From: Nitrospirota bacterium
Lineage (GTDB): Bacteria > Nitrospirota > Thermodesulfovibrionia > Thermodesulfovibrionales > Dissulfurispiraceae
Reading direction: 5' to 3'
NCBI GenBank assembly: GCA_963710375.1
Contig: CAVPZX010000003.1
Coordinates: 32,001-96,000, forward strand
DNA length: 64,000 nucleotides
The first letter of the stretch is position 1. Every line of letters starts with the position of its first letter. The position numbers and the translations under genes are program-made. Of this stretch, positions 38,804 to 50,764 are shown piece by piece. Under the pieces are notes generated by a model. It was not told the origin of the DNA. It made no database searches and was given only the letters and a program-made list of their open reading frames with translations.

Positions 38804-41590
38804 GTGATAATGTTGGCGCAAATTCTTAATCCGGCGAATTATTCCTTCAAGGGAATCACTCTGATCTTTCCTATGATATCGGTCGCGCTAGTGCTGCATA
38901 ACGCATGGTTATTGTATAGGGAAAGACTGAAAGCGGTGTACGTGACCTGGGCAGTGATGGTATTCACGGTTGTAGTTTGGGTGACGCCCGACTTTTTCTT
39001 CTTCAATGCTGTGCCTGAGGATCTGGCCCTGTGGTGGACTAAGGCCTCCTTTCTTGGCATTCCCTTTCTATCGTCTGCCCTGTACCATTTCGCCGTGACG
39101 CTCTGCAAGAGGTATAGCGAGAACAAAACGCGTGTATGGATCGGGTGGGCCGGTTCGGCCTTCTTTTCGGTGCTGTTCACCCAAACCAATCTTTTGATCA
39201 GTGGTTTGCATCATTATTCGTGGGGGTTTTTTACCGCATTTTCCCGACTGGCCATCCCCTTTATCCTGTTTTCCTGGCTTTATATGGGTCTCAGTCTGTT
39301 CGAGTTCGTGCAAGAGTTGAAGAGGACCGACCCCACCACTACGCAGCATCGGCGTATCAGGGCTATTGTATTCGCGCTTGGGTTAGCCTCTTTGGGAAAT
39401 ATGGATTACCTCACGACGTTTGGCGTCCCTGTCTATCCCTGCGGCGCCCTTTTGGTCTACATGGCATTACTGATCACCACATGGACTATCACGAAATACC
39501 AGCTTATAGATATCACTCCCGGGTTTGCGGCCAAGAGCATTATAGATACGATGAACGACTCGCTGATCGTCTTCGAAGAAGACGGCGTTATCCGTTTGGT
39601 GAATAACGCTGCCATTGACCTTCTTGGTCATGAGGCCAAGGAACTCCTGGGTCATAACGTTTTCGAGTTTTTTCCGGGGGAGAGGTCCCGGGAGGTATTC
39701 GATCCCAAAAGCGCGTCTGGTACGGTGCGGCATGTCGAGCTTCCGTACCGCAGGGACGACGGTCAGGAGTTGACGCTCGACATTTCGGTATCATTCATGT
39801 GGGAACGGGACCGTTTGATAGCCTGTATCTGCATACTCCGGGACGTCACACAGGAGAGGCTGGCGGCGAGGGCATTACAGCGCGCATACGAAGAGACGGA
39901 ACTCCGGGTTGTGCAGCGGACGACCGAACTGCGTCAGAGCAATGAGCAGTTAAAGGAAGAGATAGCGGAGCGCAAGCTTGTGGAAGAGGCGCTCAAGAAG
40001 GCGAAGACTGCAGCAGAAGCGGCAAATGTGGCAAAGGGAGAGTTTCTGGCTAACATGAGTCATGAAATCCGCACCCCGATGAACGGCATAATGGGGATGA
40101 CCGGCTTGCTTCTAGACACAGGGCTTTCTGAGGAGCAGAGGAACTATGCCGAGATGCTGCGCTCAAGCGGCGAGTTGTTGCTGGGCCTGATCAACGACAT
40201 CCTTGACTTCTCCAAGATAGAGGCAGGCAAACTGGAGATAGAGACAATAGAGTTTGATCTGAGAAACACGCTTGAAGAGACTGCTGAGTTTATGGCCTTG
40301 AGGGCCTATGAAAAGGGTCTTGAGTTAGTATGCCGGATAGACCCTGGTGTCCACACATTCCTTATAGGCGACCCTGGCCGGCTTCGCCAGATATTAGTGA
40401 ACCTGATAGGGAATGCCATCAAGTTCACCTCAGTGGGCGAGGTGGTTATCGAAGCAGTGACGGAATATGAGAGAGACGGTCAGGTAGCGGTGCGCTTCAA
40501 TATAAGGGATACCGGCATTGGGATACCACAGGACAAAGTACCTTTATTGTTTGACAGTTTTCAGCAGGTTGATGCCTCGACATCGAGGAAGTTTGGAGGC
40601 AGCGGCCTAGGGTTGGCAATATCGAAACGTCTGGTTGAGCTAATGAACGGCGGGATAGGAGTTGAAAGCATAGAAGGGAAGGGTTCCAACTTCTGGTTTA
40701 CAGCAGTGTTCGATAAGGGGAGTCAGCCGGACAGTAGTAAAGTGCCTCCATTGGCCGATATCAGCGGGGTGAGGATACTGTCAGTAGACGACAATGCGGT
40801 GAACCGCATTGTAATTGCAGAGCAGATGAAGTCGTGGGGAGTGCGCAATGCCGAGGCCGGGGGAGCTTTAAAGGCGATGGAGATGCTCCATGCTGCTCAA
40901 GCTGAAGGGGACCCTTTTCGGGTTGTAGTTACTGATATGCAAATGCCTGGGATGGATGGCGAAGCCCTTGCCAGGGCCATCAAGGCAGACCCAGTTTTGA
41001 GGGATACTTTGCTGATTATGCTGACATCCAGTGGAGTGAGGGGAGATTCAAAGAGGTTTGCGAGCCTTGGATTTTCTGGATATCTAACCAAACCTGTAAG
41101 GATGTTCCAGCTGCACGACTGCATAGCCGCAGTCCTTGGTGGGAGCAGTCTGCATGAAAAGGAGGAAGCCGCTATTATTACCGGACACCGTCTTCGCGAG
41201 GCATCCAGGCAGAATGCGCGCATTCTACTGGTGGAGGATAACAGAGTGAATAGACTGGTGGCAGAGGGCATTCTGGGCAAATTGGGGTTTATTGCTGACA
41301 CCGCTGACAATGGCCAGCAGGCGATCAATATGCTGGAAGCCGCTTCTTACGACATAGTCTTTATGGATGTGCAGATGCCTGTTATGGATGGGTATCAGGC
41401 TACCATGGCTATCCGGGGCGGCAAGACAAAGGCAGCGAATCCTAATGTACCTATTATTGCAATGACAGCCCATGCCATGATGGGTGACAGGGAGAAATGC
41501 CTGCAAAGCGGGATGGACGATTATATCTCAAAGCCGATCTCGCCGAGGAAATTGTCCAAGGTGCTCGAAAAATGGCTGCCACAGGCGTAG
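38804..41590 (+). CDS. Hybrid sensor histidine kinase (7TM, PAS, HisKA, HATPase, two REC domains)
   Basis: [31 protein letters not shown] and GSGLGL motifs; two D-x-QMP receiver domains. Confidence 0.95.
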   Translation: MIMLAQILNPANYSFKGITLIFPMISVALVLHNAWLLYRERLKAVYVTWAVMVFTVVVWVTPDFFFFNAVPEDLALWWTKASFLGIPFLSSALYHFAVTLCKRYSENKTRVWIGWAGSAFFSVLFTQTNLLISGLHHYSWGFFTAFSRLAIPFILFSWLYMGLSLFEFVQELKRTDPTTTQHRRIRAIVFALGLASLGNMDYLTTFGVPVYPCGALLVYMALLITTWTITKYQLIDITPGFAAKSIIDTMNDSLIVFEEDGVIRLVNNAAIDLLGHEAKELLGHNVFEFFPGERSREVFDPKSASGTVRHVELPYRRDDGQELTLDISVSFMWERDRLIACICILRDVTQERLAARALQRAYEETELRVVQRTTELRQSNEQLKEEIAERKLVEEALKKAKTAAEAANVAKGEFLANMSHEIRTPMNGIMGMTGLLLDTGLSEEQRNYAEMLRSSGELLLGLINDILDFSKIEAGKLEIETIEFDLRNTLEETAEFMALRAYEKGLELVCRIDPGVHTFLIGDPGRLRQILVNLIGNAIKFTSVGEVVIEAVTEYERDGQVAVRFNIRDTGIGIPQDKVPLLFDSFQQVDASTSRKFGGSGLGLAISKRLVELMNGGIGVESIEGKGSNFWFTAVFDKGSQPDSSKVPPLADISGVRILSVDDNAVNRIVIAEQMKSWGVRNAEAGGALKAMEMLHAAQAEGDPFRVVVTDMQMPGMDGEALARAIKADPVLRDTLLIMLTSSGVRGDSKRFASLGFSGYLTKPVRMFQLHDCIAAVLGGSSLHEKEEAAIITGHRLREASRQNARILLVEDNRVNRLVAEGILGKLGFIADTADNGQQAINMLEAASYDIVFMDVQMPVMDGYQATMAIRGGKTKAANPNVPIIAMTAHAMMGDREKCLQSGMDDYISKPISPRKLSKVLEKWLPQA

Positions 41591-41687
41591 ACCCTTGAGG
41601 CCTGATAAACGCAGTTGAGAGCGTCCCAATACGGTATTATTAATAATCCTTTTCATGATATAATTTTCTTATCAAAGGAGGACATTC

Positions 41688-42068
41688 TTGGAAGAACTAA
41701 GAATATTGGTAGTAGACGATGAATATATAACGCGCATTTTTATTAAGAGTTGCCTGCAAATGTCTTTCCCGGGCTGCATAATTATTGAGGCGGCTTCCGG
41801 ACAAGCTGCATTAGAAAAGATTAAGAGCGAGCCATTCCATATTGTGCTGTGCGACTGGCAATTGCCGGATATAAGTGGGGTCGAAATACTCGAATGGGTC
41901 AGGGTCGCATCGGATACAAAAAATATGCCCTTCATGATGATAACTGGCGATAGCAACAGGGAACACATTACCCAAGCGATATCGCTTGGGGTCTCGGGTT
42001 ATGTCATCAAGCCATTGGACTGCGTCAGCCTGTCACAGCGTGTCATAGCAGCATTGAGCCCAAAGTAG
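41688..42068 (+). CDS. Single-domain CheY-like response regulator
   Basis: ILVVDD, CDWQLP and YVIKP motifs. Confidence 0.9.
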   Translation: MEELRILVVDDEYITRIFIKSCLQMSFPGCIIIEAASGQAALEKIKSEPFHIVLCDWQLPDISGVEILEWVRVASDTKNMPFMMITGDSNREHITQAISLGVSGYVIKPLDCVSLSQRVIAALSPK

Positions 42069-42112
42069 CTCTGCTATTCCAAGAGAAGCGCATCAACTCT
42101 TACCCTTAGGCA

Positions 42113-44548
42113 TCATTCGATGCTTACCGGAGAAATATGCCATATCTTTTCAGCATACTCACCGATAGCCCTGTCGCTCGAAAATTTGCCTGAACGCGCG
42201 ACATTGAGGATGGCCATTCTTGTCCACCTGTCTTTGTCCTTGTAGACATTGGCTACGTTCTCCTGACAACTGATATATGAGGCATAATCAGCCAGGACAT
42301 AAAACCTGTCCCCTTCCAAAAGGGTTCTGATAATCGGATGAAAGAGACCCTGGTTTTCAGGAGAAAAGTGGCCTTCGAGTATTTGATTGATGGCTTGGCG
42401 AAGCTCCCCGTCAGTCTCATAATATTCCTGAGGGTTGTATCCTGAACTCATAGCCATGATTTCTTCAGCTTTAAGCCCGAAGAGAAAGAAGTTCTCAGCA
42501 CCCACCTGTTCCCTTATTTCGACGTTCGCCCCATCAAGTGTCCCGATGGTTAAGGCTCCATTCAGGGTGAATTTCATATTGCCGGTCCCTGAAGCCTCAA
42601 GTCCGGCAGTCGAAATCTGTTCGGACAGATCTGCTGCAGGGATAATACGCGCGGCCAGGGAAACGTTGTAGTTGGGGACAAATATTACCTGCAATTTCTC
42701 CCTTACAATGGGATTGGCTGCTATCATTTCTCCAACAGCGTTTATCAGTTTGATAATCAGTTTGCAGAGGTAGTATCCGGGCGCTGCCTTTCCTCCAAAC
42801 AGGATTGTTCTTGGGGTGAATGTCTCGTCCACTCTTCCTTCTCTGATCCTGTTGTAAAGGGTTATAGCATGTAAAACGTTCAGCATCTGCCGCTTGTATT
42901 CGTGCAGCCTTTTCACCTGACAATCCAGGAGATGCTGGTGACGAAATGACAATTTAGCGTTCAATGCAAGATAGTTGGACAAGCCGACCTTATTCAGTTC
43001 CTTGACCTCACGGAAACGCTTAATGAATTCACTATCATCGGCAAGAGGTTCGAGCTTACTCAGTTCATCAAGATCTTTTGTCCACAAACGTCCTATGGCT
43101 TCAGTTATCAATCCGGCAAGTGGGCGGTTTGCATCCAACAGCCATCGTCTCGGCGTTATGCCGTTGGTCACATTTTGGAATTTTTCAGGAGTCATAATGT
43201 AAAAAGGATTGAACACTTTTTCCTTTAAAATACGGGAATGAAGCTCTGAAACACCATTTACGGTATGGCTTCCCACTATTGCCAGACGGGCCATGTTCAC
43301 CCACCGCTCACCCTCCCCGGTTATGAGGGCCATTTTCGTCTTGAGATCGTGGTCGCCAGGGAATTCTGCGTCAACCTGTATCAAAAATCTTCTGTCAATT
43401 TCCTGAATGATCTGTAGGTGGCGCGGTAAAAGATGTCCCATAAGACCTTCTGACCATACTTCGAGGGCTTCCGGCAAGACCGTATGATTGGTATAGGCAA
43501 AGGTTTTAGTTGTTATGTCCCAGGAATCTTCCCATCCAATACTTTCCTCATCGACAAGTATCCTCATCAGCTCTGCAATAGCTATGGAAGGGTGTGTATC
43601 GTTGAGCTGAACGGCAACATTATCAGGGAACTCTTTATAGGTTTTATGGAATTTCCTGTATCTTCTGATGATATCTTTTAATGTGGCCGCTACAAAGAAA
43701 TACTGCTGCTTGAGACGCAGTTCCTTTCCGGCAACCGATTGGTCGTCGGGGTAAAGCACTTTGGAGATGTTTTCGCTGTTGTTTTTGTTCTCCACTGCCT
43801 TGATATAATCGCCGCTGTTGAAATACTCAAGATCAAATTCACGGCTTGACTTCGCAGACCATAGACGTAGAGTATTGACAGTATCGTTGTGATACCCGGG
43901 CACCGGATAGTCGTAAGCCATGGCCATGACCTCCTCGGTGTCTGTCCATACCATGCGTAACCGGCCGCTTCCGTAATTAATCGAATTTACCTTGCCGCAG
44001 AACTGGACAGGGTACAATACTTCCGGCCTTGGAAATTCCCACTGGCTCCCGTATCTAAGCCAGTTATCCGGGATTTCAATCTGATAACCATTTTTGATCT
44101 TTTGTAAAAAAATGCCATACTCATACCTTATGCCATACCCATAAGCCGGATATTCAAGTGTGGCCAGTGAGTCAAGAAAACATGCGGCAAGCCTGCCAAG
44201 GCCGCCGTTACCTAGGCCCGCGTCCCATTCAAGCTCTAAAATATCATCATATGACAGCCCGAAGGCGTTAAATGTCTTCTCATGTTCTTCAAATATGCCG
44301 ATATTACTGATATAGCTTCCCAAAAGCCTGCCCATCAGAAATTCCAGCGAGAGATAATATAGCCTTTTTGCTTCAACGTCGTAATAACGCTGCTGGGTTT
44401 TGATCCACTGCTCAACAATGCAATCCCTTACGGACAAAATAGTCGCTTCAAACTTGTCTCTCTGAGTAGCAGAGTATGTATCTTTGGCAAGAGAGTAGGT
44501 AAGGTGGTCCATGAGGGATTCTTGAAACGGTTTCTGACACTGTGCCAT
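42113..44548 (-). CDS. glgP: Glycogen/starch phosphorylase
   Basis: GLGNGGLGRLAAC, LNDTHP, YTNHT and EASGTGNMKF (PLP lysine) motifs. Confidence 0.97.
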   Translation of the reverse strand: MAQCQKPFQESLMDHLTYSLAKDTYSATQRDKFEATILSVRDCIVEQWIKTQQRYYDVEAKRLYYLSLEFLMGRLLGSYISNIGIFEEHEKTFNAFGLSYDDILELEWDAGLGNGGLGRLAACFLDSLATLEYPAYGYGIRYEYGIFLQKIKNGYQIEIPDNWLRYGSQWEFPRPEVLYPVQFCGKVNSINYGSGRLRMVWTDTEEVMAMAYDYPVPGYHNDTVNTLRLWSAKSSREFDLEYFNSGDYIKAVENKNNSENISKVLYPDDQSVAGKELRLKQQYFFVAATLKDIIRRYRKFHKTYKEFPDNVAVQLNDTHPSIAIAELMRILVDEESIGWEDSWDITTKTFAYTNHTVLPEALEVWSEGLMGHLLPRHLQIIQEIDRRFLIQVDAEFPGDHDLKTKMALITGEGERWVNMARLAIVGSHTVNGVSELHSRILKEKVFNPFYIMTPEKFQNVTNGITPRRWLLDANRPLAGLITEAIGRLWTKDLDELSKLEPLADDSEFIKRFREVKELNKVGLSNYLALNAKLSFRHQHLLDCQVKRLHEYKRQMLNVLHAITLYNRIREGRVDETFTPRTILFGGKAAPGYYLCKLIIKLINAVGEMIAANPIVREKLQVIFVPNYNVSLAARIIPAADLSEQISTAGLEASGTGNMKFTLNGALTIGTLDGANVEIREQVGAENFFLFGLKAEEIMAMSSGYNPQEYYETDGELRQAINQILEGHFSPENQGLFHPIIRTLLEGDRFYVLADYASYISCQENVANVYKDKDRWTRMAILNVARSGKFSSDRAIGEYAEKIWHISPVSIE

Positions 44549-44581
44549 ATCTAGGACCGGTCCCTGCAGCGTTTCATATAA

Positions 44582-45439
44582 TCACCTCACCACAAGTATT
44601 GGAGTATCTGCATGTATTATTAGCCGCTCAGTGGTGCTCCCTATATATGCTTTATTTACGCCGCCCCACCCATGACTCCCCATGATGACCAGATCACTCT
44701 TTTCCCTGATGGCAGTTTCAGATATCTTGCTGCTGACATCGCCGTTTCCGATCAGTACTTTTACCTTGACGCCCTTTTCCGTAGCAAGCTCGACAGCCGA
44801 TGCGGTAATCTTTTGCGCTTCCTTCATAAGGCTGTCTTGTATGGCACTGCTTCTGAAAAACTCAATCATCTCTTCATAACGGGGTACTACATAGAGCACA
44901 CTTACGGCACTGCTGTCCATAACGGATATCCGGCAGGCCTGTTCGAGCGCCTTCATACTGGGTCCTGACCCGTCAAACGGGAGAAGAATGGAGGCGTACC
45001 GCCCGGACCAATCCTTGTCTGCTTTTTTTACGACCAGCACATCGCATGTGGCCTTGCCTATGACACCGGACGTCACGCTTCCCATGATAAGTTTTTTTAT
45101 GCTGCTCCTACCGTGAGTTCCCAGGGCTATCAGGTCAGCTTTCTTTGCATGAGCAATCTCCACCAGGGTATCAGCGGGGTCTCCTTCGCATATGATCGAC
45201 TCAATGTTGACGCCAAAAGCGGAAGAGATATCTTTTTTTGCCTGATCGCAAAGCTTTTTTCCAAAATTCATTCTTTGTTCCAGCTGTTCAGGAATAATGC
45301 CGAATTCCTCTTCGTCAAAATATACAGCGTGGACAAGCACGGCACTTCCGCCGTGCCGCTTTATCCAGTTAGCAGTCTCCATAAGAGCTGCTTTGCTATG
45401 CTTAGAGCCGTCGAAAGCCACAACTATGTTGTCATACAT
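44582..45439 (-). CDS. Tandem-domain universal stress protein
   Basis: Two USP repeats (VAFDGS...GTHG...MGSVT; LPFDGS...GSHG...IGSTT). Confidence 0.92.
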   Translation of the reverse strand: MYDNIVVAFDGSKHSKAALMETANWIKRHGGSAVLVHAVYFDEEEFGIIPEQLEQRMNFGKKLCDQAKKDISSAFGVNIESIICEGDPADTLVEIAHAKKADLIALGTHGRSSIKKLIMGSVTSGVIGKATCDVLVVKKADKDWSGRYASILLPFDGSGPSMKALEQACRISVMDSSAVSVLYVVPRYEEMIEFFRSSAIQDSLMKEAQKITASAVELATEKGVKVKVLIGNGDVSSKISETAIREKSDLVIMGSHGWGGVNKAYIGSTTERLIIHADTPILVVR

Positions 45440-46356
45440 CAGTGACCTCCTGGACGCACCAGGAGCAATGAAGGGGTGAGAGTCAGTTCAAAAACCATTT
45501 TCACTGTGACCGCAAGAACTATTACTGCCAGAATCACCTTAAGCTGTTCTCCCCTGATCTTTCTGCCGAAGATAGCCCCTATCTGTGCGCCAACTGTAGA
45601 ACCGATCAGCAGAAGCACGGCAAGAATAAAGTCAACGGTGTGATTTGTATAAGCCTGCAAAAAGGTAACTTCCATGCAATTAAAAAGTATCTGGAAAAGA
45701 CTTGTTCCGACAACTACGTGCATCGGCATCCTCAGAATGTATACCATAACCGGCACCATGAGAAACCCTCCTCCTACACCCATAACAGCAGCCAGTATGC
45801 CGACAAAGCCCCCGAAAATGATCGGCAGCAGCGCAGAGTGGGTAACCCCCGACTTTTCGAAACGAGTTTGGAAAGGCAGCGACTTGAGAAACCTGCCCAT
45901 TGCCGATTCCCGCTCCTCTTTGGCTTCATGGTGCGTGGTTTTTCTCAAACTTGAGATGCTTTCAAAAAACATATATGTGCCGACTATGCCGAGCATAAGC
46001 ACGTAAGTCATCTTTATGACAAAATCCGCATTGCCCATGGCCCTCAGGATCTTTATTCCCTGAACTCCCAAAAGCCCGCCGATAAAGCCTCCGGCCAGGA
46101 GGTAGAGCCCCATTTTAAAGTTGACATTGCCGACCCTCCAGTGAGCATAAGTACCTGAGGCCGACGCTGCAACTATCTGATTGGAATCCGTTGCCGCTGC
46201 AACGGTCGAGGGAATGCCGAACATTATCAGAAGCGGCGTCATGAGAAAGCCGCCGCCAACGCCAAAAAGCCCTGACAGCACTCCCACCAAAAATCCAAGC
46301 CCCACAGGGACCAGGACATTAATACTAGTTGAAGCGACCGGTAAGTAAAAATACAT
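45439..46356 (-). CDS. Sulfite exporter TauE/SafE family protein
   Basis: Two GVGGGF repeats and VVGTSLFQ; start MYFYLP after AGGAGGAGG. Confidence 0.9.
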   Translation of the reverse strand: MYFYLPVASTSINVLVPVGLGFLVGVLSGLFGVGGGFLMTPLLIMFGIPSTVAAATDSNQIVAASASGTYAHWRVGNVNFKMGLYLLAGGFIGGLLGVQGIKILRAMGNADFVIKMTYVLMLGIVGTYMFFESISSLRKTTHHEAKEERESAMGRFLKSLPFQTRFEKSGVTHSALLPIIFGGFVGILAAVMGVGGGFLMVPVMVYILRMPMHVVVGTSLFQILFNCMEVTFLQAYTNHTVDFILAVLLLIGSTVGAQIGAIFGRKIRGEQLKVILAVIVLAVTVKMVFELTLTPSLLLVRPGGH

Positions 46357-46652
46357 AAATGAACCCTCCTCCTTTATGCTGCGTATCCGTTTTTGGCCAT
46401 GGTAACTACTCCTCGACGGCACTGACCCGAAATCTGCTTCAGCCACTCCTCACAGCTTTCGTTTTTCCTCTTATAATACTCTTCAATCAGATTTCTCTTA
46501 TTATGACGCGATTATTATACTCCAACAAAGTAACTGTTGTCATCAGGTACCCTGCTTTCTACATCACTTTTATATTATTAATCATCAGCAAAGAAATACA
46601 GTTATGCGTTATCCTTGCACAAAAGGAAGAGGAGGCGAAACTCCTGTTTTGG

Positions 46653-47177
46653 CTACCTGTAAGTCAGGATATTGTTTATTATCTGCAGCTGTGAATCAGC
46701 ATTTGTCCAGATCATCTGAAGTGACGACTCGGGAATGCTCTTCCACGACTGCCGAGTTGGCTCATACACGTGTAACTGGACAGGTATCTTGTACTTTTCA
46801 ATAATGGGCTCTATATCCTGTCCCACGTAAATCAACTCCCTGGGAACAAAACCATAGCGGGTAAATTCAATTTTATATTTCCACAGTGTATAGCCGTCAT
46901 GGTATGTGGAATAGAGGTCCGAATAATCCTTGAGCAAGTCTTTTTCCTTATCAGTCAGTGCCTTGCTTTTCAAGGCGGTTATTTCCGCAGACAAATTTTG
47001 CAGGGCTCTATAGAATGCCTGATAGCCGGCGCCGGATTCGAGCGTACTCCGGACATTTTGAGCAGCACTGGTCACACCATTGAACTTTGTTGTGTCCAGT
47101 TCAGGCGTGGAGTGAGAGCATGCTGCACATATCATGGAAAGGGCAAACAGAAAACTAATTATAGTAAATCGCTTCAT
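46653..47177 (-). CDS. Hypothetical lipoprotein
   Basis: MKRF + hydrophobic stretch + CAAC lipobox. Confidence 0.7.
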   Translation of the reverse strand: MKRFTIISFLFALSMICAACSHSTPELDTTKFNGVTSAAQNVRSTLESGAGYQAFYRALQNLSAEITALKSKALTDKEKDLLKDYSDLYSTYHDGYTLWKYKIEFTRYGFVPRELIYVGQDIEPIIEKYKIPVQLHVYEPTRQSWKSIPESSLQMIWTNADSQLQIINNILTYR

Positions 47178-47331
47178 TAGCCGTGTTGACATAATAAGTA
47201 AACTGCAACTTTTTTGCAATACATGGATCATCTGACTCGCTGCCGTGGCGGCCTTTTTATTGCATTCTTTCGAGGAATTTTCTATTATTTAACATTAGGT
47301 GTTTCACTGAGTTTATAAATTGGGGAGGACT

Positions 47332-48768
47332 ATGGGAAGAAATTTCTGGGCCAGAATAATTGCTGCGAGCATGCTGTTGATCGCTGTCGGAATGCTTATC
47401 GGCTCGCGAATGGGACACATGGGACCGCTAAGTGCACCAAGCAGTGTTATAGGGTTTCCGCAATCCTTCGCCGATGTTGCGGCAAGAGTCACTCCCGCAG
47501 TGGTAAATATCAGCACTACTTCAATAGTAAGAGTACCTGGCAACCCATTCAGGCATTTTTTCGGTCCGGATGACGAGGGACCTTTTGGTGATTTTTTTAA
47601 AAGATTTTATGGCGATGTCCCTGACAGGGAGATGAAACAGCAGAGTCTGGGTTCAGGCTTCATTGTCGACAAGGAAGGGTATATTCTAACAAACAATCAC
47701 GTTGTTGAAGGGGCCGAAGAGATAAAAGTAAAATGTTCCGACGGCAGGGAATTTAAGGCCAAAGTCATCGGCAGAGACAAAAAGACCGATCTGGCGCTAA
47801 TCAAGATAGCCTCTCTTTTCAGGGATCTGCCGACGCTAACGTTGGGGGATTCCGAGACTATGAGAGTCGGCGACTGGGTACTCGCCATCGGCAACCCCTT
47901 CGGTCTCGAACATACGGTCACTCAGGGCATTATCAGTGCTACGGGGCGGGTTATCGGCGCCGGACCTTACGATAATTTCCTGCAAACTGATGCGCCGATA
48001 AATCCTGGCAACAGCGGCGGTCCATTGGTGAATTTGCGAGGGGAGGTCATCGGCATCAATACCGCTATTGTCTCCTCAGGGCAGGGGATAGGTTTTGCCA
48101 TTCCCAGCAGCATGGCCAAAACAATCATTTCTCAACTGAAAAATAAGGGGAAGGTAGTCCGGGGATGGATAGGCGTTTCCATTCAAAACATAACTCCTGA
48201 TATGGTCAAGTCCTTTGGCTTAAAAGGGACCGATGGGGCGCTCGTAGGTGATGTCGTGCCGAAAGGACCTGCTGACGTTGCAGGCATAAAAAGGGGTGAT
48301 GTGATTACCTCTTTCAACGGTAAAAGCATAAAAAACATGTCCGATCTTTCGAGGGAGGTTGCCAATACGCCTGTCGGCAGGACTGTTGATGCGATTATTC
48401 TCAGGGACGGCAAGGCAATGGATGTCAAAATTAGTGTTACTGAAATGAATGAAGAGAGACTGGCTTTGGGCAGGGGTGCCCCGGGAGGCGAACTTGGGAT
48501 CAGGGTGGATGATATTACCCCGCGTTGGAAGGCTGAATTGGGCATAAGGGAGAAAACAGGAGCGCTCGTTACGAATGTCTCTCCCGGAAGTCTTGCTGAC
48601 GAGGCCGGCTTGCAGGCAGGTGATATTATAAAAGAACTGAATCACCGGCCTGTCAATAGTGCCCGCGATTTTTATGACGATCTGAGCAAGACAGAACATG
48701 AAACGTCATTGGTCCTTCTGATCAAGAGGTCGGGACAGACATTTTATGTTTCCATCAGGATGCCATAG
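47332..48768 (+). CDS. DegP/DegQ (HtrA) serine protease with two PDZ domains
   Basis: LTNNHVV, TDLAL and QTDAPINPGNSGGPL motifs. Confidence 0.96.
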   Translation: MGRNFWARIIAASMLLIAVGMLIGSRMGHMGPLSAPSSVIGFPQSFADVAARVTPAVVNISTTSIVRVPGNPFRHFFGPDDEGPFGDFFKRFYGDVPDREMKQQSLGSGFIVDKEGYILTNNHVVEGAEEIKVKCSDGREFKAKVIGRDKKTDLALIKIASLFRDLPTLTLGDSETMRVGDWVLAIGNPFGLEHTVTQGIISATGRVIGAGPYDNFLQTDAPINPGNSGGPLVNLRGEVIGINTAIVSSGQGIGFAIPSSMAKTIISQLKNKGKVVRGWIGVSIQNITPDMVKSFGLKGTDGALVGDVVPKGPADVAGIKRGDVITSFNGKSIKNMSDLSREVANTPVGRTVDAIILRDGKAMDVKISVTEMNEERLALGRGAPGGELGIRVDDITPRWKAELGIREKTGALVTNVSPGSLADEAGLQAGDIIKELNHRPVNSARDFYDDLSKTEHETSLVLLIKRSGQTFYVSIRMP

Positions 48769-48879
48769 AGCGCTACGTATATTACCCGCCATCAAATGTT
48801 GCACAGGTAATTGTTTTGTGATATAAATTGTCTATAACAGTATCTCTTTGATGCTGCATCCTATCCGGAGGTGACAGGC

Positions 48880-50070
48880 ATGGAGGGTAAAAGTTTTTCA
48901 AGGAGAGATTTCTTAAAGACCGCCGGTGCGGCTGCTGCTATGGCTGCTATCGGCGACATCCCTGCGGATCTTTTTGCATCGGATATCAGGATGGTGAAGT
49001 TTCCTGAGAAGACCGATATGATCCTGCGTACTTCCCGTCCCCCTCAGTTGGAAACTCCACTGCATTACTTCAAGCAGTTTATCACTCCTAATGATGCTGT
49101 CTTTGTACGCTGGCACATTGCCAATATTCCTACTACTGTAGATCTTATGCAGTGGCGTCTGAATGTCGGCGGCAATACCGGCAAGGAAATGCACCTTTCT
49201 ATGGACGATTTGAAGAAGTTTGAGAGGGTGACCTATACGGCGGTTATCCAATGTGCCGGGAACGGCCGTAGTTTTTTCGAGCCGAGGGTTGCAGGCGGTC
49301 AGTGGGGAAACGGTGCAATGGGAAATGTGACCTGGACCGGCGCCCGGTTGAAGGACATTCTCGCCATGGCTGATGTCAAGGCTGGATCTGTGGATGTTTC
49401 CTTTAACGGACTTGATACTCCTCCCCTTCCCAAAGTTCCGGATCTTGTGAAGAGCCTCCCTGTGGAGAAGGCGATGGAAGATGATATCATAGTTGCGTAC
49501 GAGATGAACGGCAAGCCGCTCACCATGCTCAACGGATTCCCTGCCAGGCTTATAGTCCCCGGCTGGTATGCTACTTATTGGGTCAAGTGCCTAAGTGACA
49601 TAATGGTACTTCAAAAGCCCTTCGAGGGATTCTGGGTGAAGACAGCTTACAGGATCCCTGACAATCCCTGCGGCTGTGTGCCTCCAGGTACCGCGCCGAC
49701 TAAAAGCATTCCTATAAACAGGATGACAACAAGGTCATTGATTATTGATCCGGCTGACAAGACGAAAATAAAGGCAGACAGACCTGTTGATATAATGGGG
49801 ATAGCGTTTTCAGGCGGCTATGGAATCAGGGATGTTACCGTATCAGTTGATGGCGGGAAGACCTGGGGCGAGGCCAGATTGGGTGAGGATAAAGGCAAAT
49901 ACTCCTGGGTCCAGTGGTTCTATAAATGGAAACCGACCAAACCGGGGAAGTATATGCTCATGGCGCGGGCGACTAACAGTATTGGCGAGTCGCAGCCTTT
50001 TGACGGTCTTTGGAATCCTGCCGGATATCTGTGGAACAAGATTGAAAAAACCGAAGTTGTGATCAAGTAG
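48880..50070 (+). CDS. sorA: Sulfite oxidase-family molybdoenzyme, SorA-type sulfite dehydrogenase (Tat-exported)
   Basis: SRRDFLK Tat motif; FVRWH, QCAGN (Mo ligand Cys) and GWYATYWVK motifs. Confidence 0.85.
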   Translation: MEGKSFSRRDFLKTAGAAAAMAAIGDIPADLFASDIRMVKFPEKTDMILRTSRPPQLETPLHYFKQFITPNDAVFVRWHIANIPTTVDLMQWRLNVGGNTGKEMHLSMDDLKKFERVTYTAVIQCAGNGRSFFEPRVAGGQWGNGAMGNVTWTGARLKDILAMADVKAGSVDVSFNGLDTPPLPKVPDLVKSLPVEKAMEDDIIVAYEMNGKPLTMLNGFPARLIVPGWYATYWVKCLSDIMVLQKPFEGFWVKTAYRIPDNPCGCVPPGTAPTKSIPINRMTTRSLIIDPADKTKIKADRPVDIMGIAFSGGYGIRDVTVSVDGGKTWGEARLGEDKGKYSWVQWFYKWKPTKPGKYMLMARATNSIGESQPFDGLWNPAGYLWNKIEKTEVVIK

Positions 50071-50079
50071 GAGGCTGTC

Positions 50080-50403
50080 ATGAAAAAGATCGTGATCTTG
50101 ATAATGCTGGTCCTAGCGGTCACAGCAGGTTTTGTCTACGCAGGCAACAGCGACAATGTACACTCCATTAAATTGCCGAATATTACTACAGACCTGAAGC
50201 CGGGTGAAGGCAAGGAGACGATGGATATCTACTGTATCATGTGCCACAGCCTCGATTATATTACTATGCAGCCTAACTTCTCACGGGCACAGTGGACGGT
50301 TACTGTAAACAAGATGATAAAGACTTTTGGAGCGCCTATTAATGATAAAGATGCAATAATTATTATTAACTATTTGGCGACGCAGTACGGAACAGGAAAA
50401 TAA
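50080..50403 (+). CDS. sorB: SorB-type monoheme cytochrome c
   Basis: CIMCHSLDYITMQP...W...VNKM...FGAPI. Confidence 0.85.
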   Translation: MKKIVILIMLVLAVTAGFVYAGNSDNVHSIKLPNITTDLKPGEGKETMDIYCIMCHSLDYITMQPNFSRAQWTVTVNKMIKTFGAPINDKDAIIIINYLATQYGTGK

Positions 50404-50427
50404 AACGGTTATCAGGAGGTAATCAAA

Positions 50428-50757
50428 ATGAGATTTGTATTTGCACTAATTGCGGCCGCATCAATGGTTTTTCTGTATGGCTTGCATAATCCTGCTGGAG
50501 CAGCTGGAAAAGACAAATCAGGACAGGCTGAGTTCAACGAGCACTGTGCCGTCTGCCATCCTGACGGCGGCAATATTGTTAATCCCGAGAAAACACTGCG
50601 CAAGGCCGACCGCGAGAAATATAATGTAAAGACCGCTGCTGACATCATGGGCAAAATGCGGAACCCCGGACCCGGCATGACAAAGTTTGACAAGAAAACG
50701 ATTCCTGACGCCGAGGCAAAGAAGATTGCGGAATTTATATTGAAGACTTTTAAATAG
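50428..50757 (+). CDS. Class I (c6-like) periplasmic cytochrome c
   Basis: Signal peptide, CAVCH, GGNIVNPEKTL and PGPGM. Confidence 0.9.
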   Translation: MRFVFALIAAASMVFLYGLHNPAGAAGKDKSGQAEFNEHCAVCHPDGGNIVNPEKTLRKADREKYNVKTAADIMGKMRNPGPGMTKFDKKTIPDAEAKKIAEFILKTFK

Positions 50758-50764
50758 TCACTGC

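Noticed and set aside
44549..44584. USP-glgP read-through fusion (USP TGA in frame with glgP)
   Set aside because: A one-in-three frame coincidence; no SECIS-like hairpin was recognised and both proteins look complete separately.
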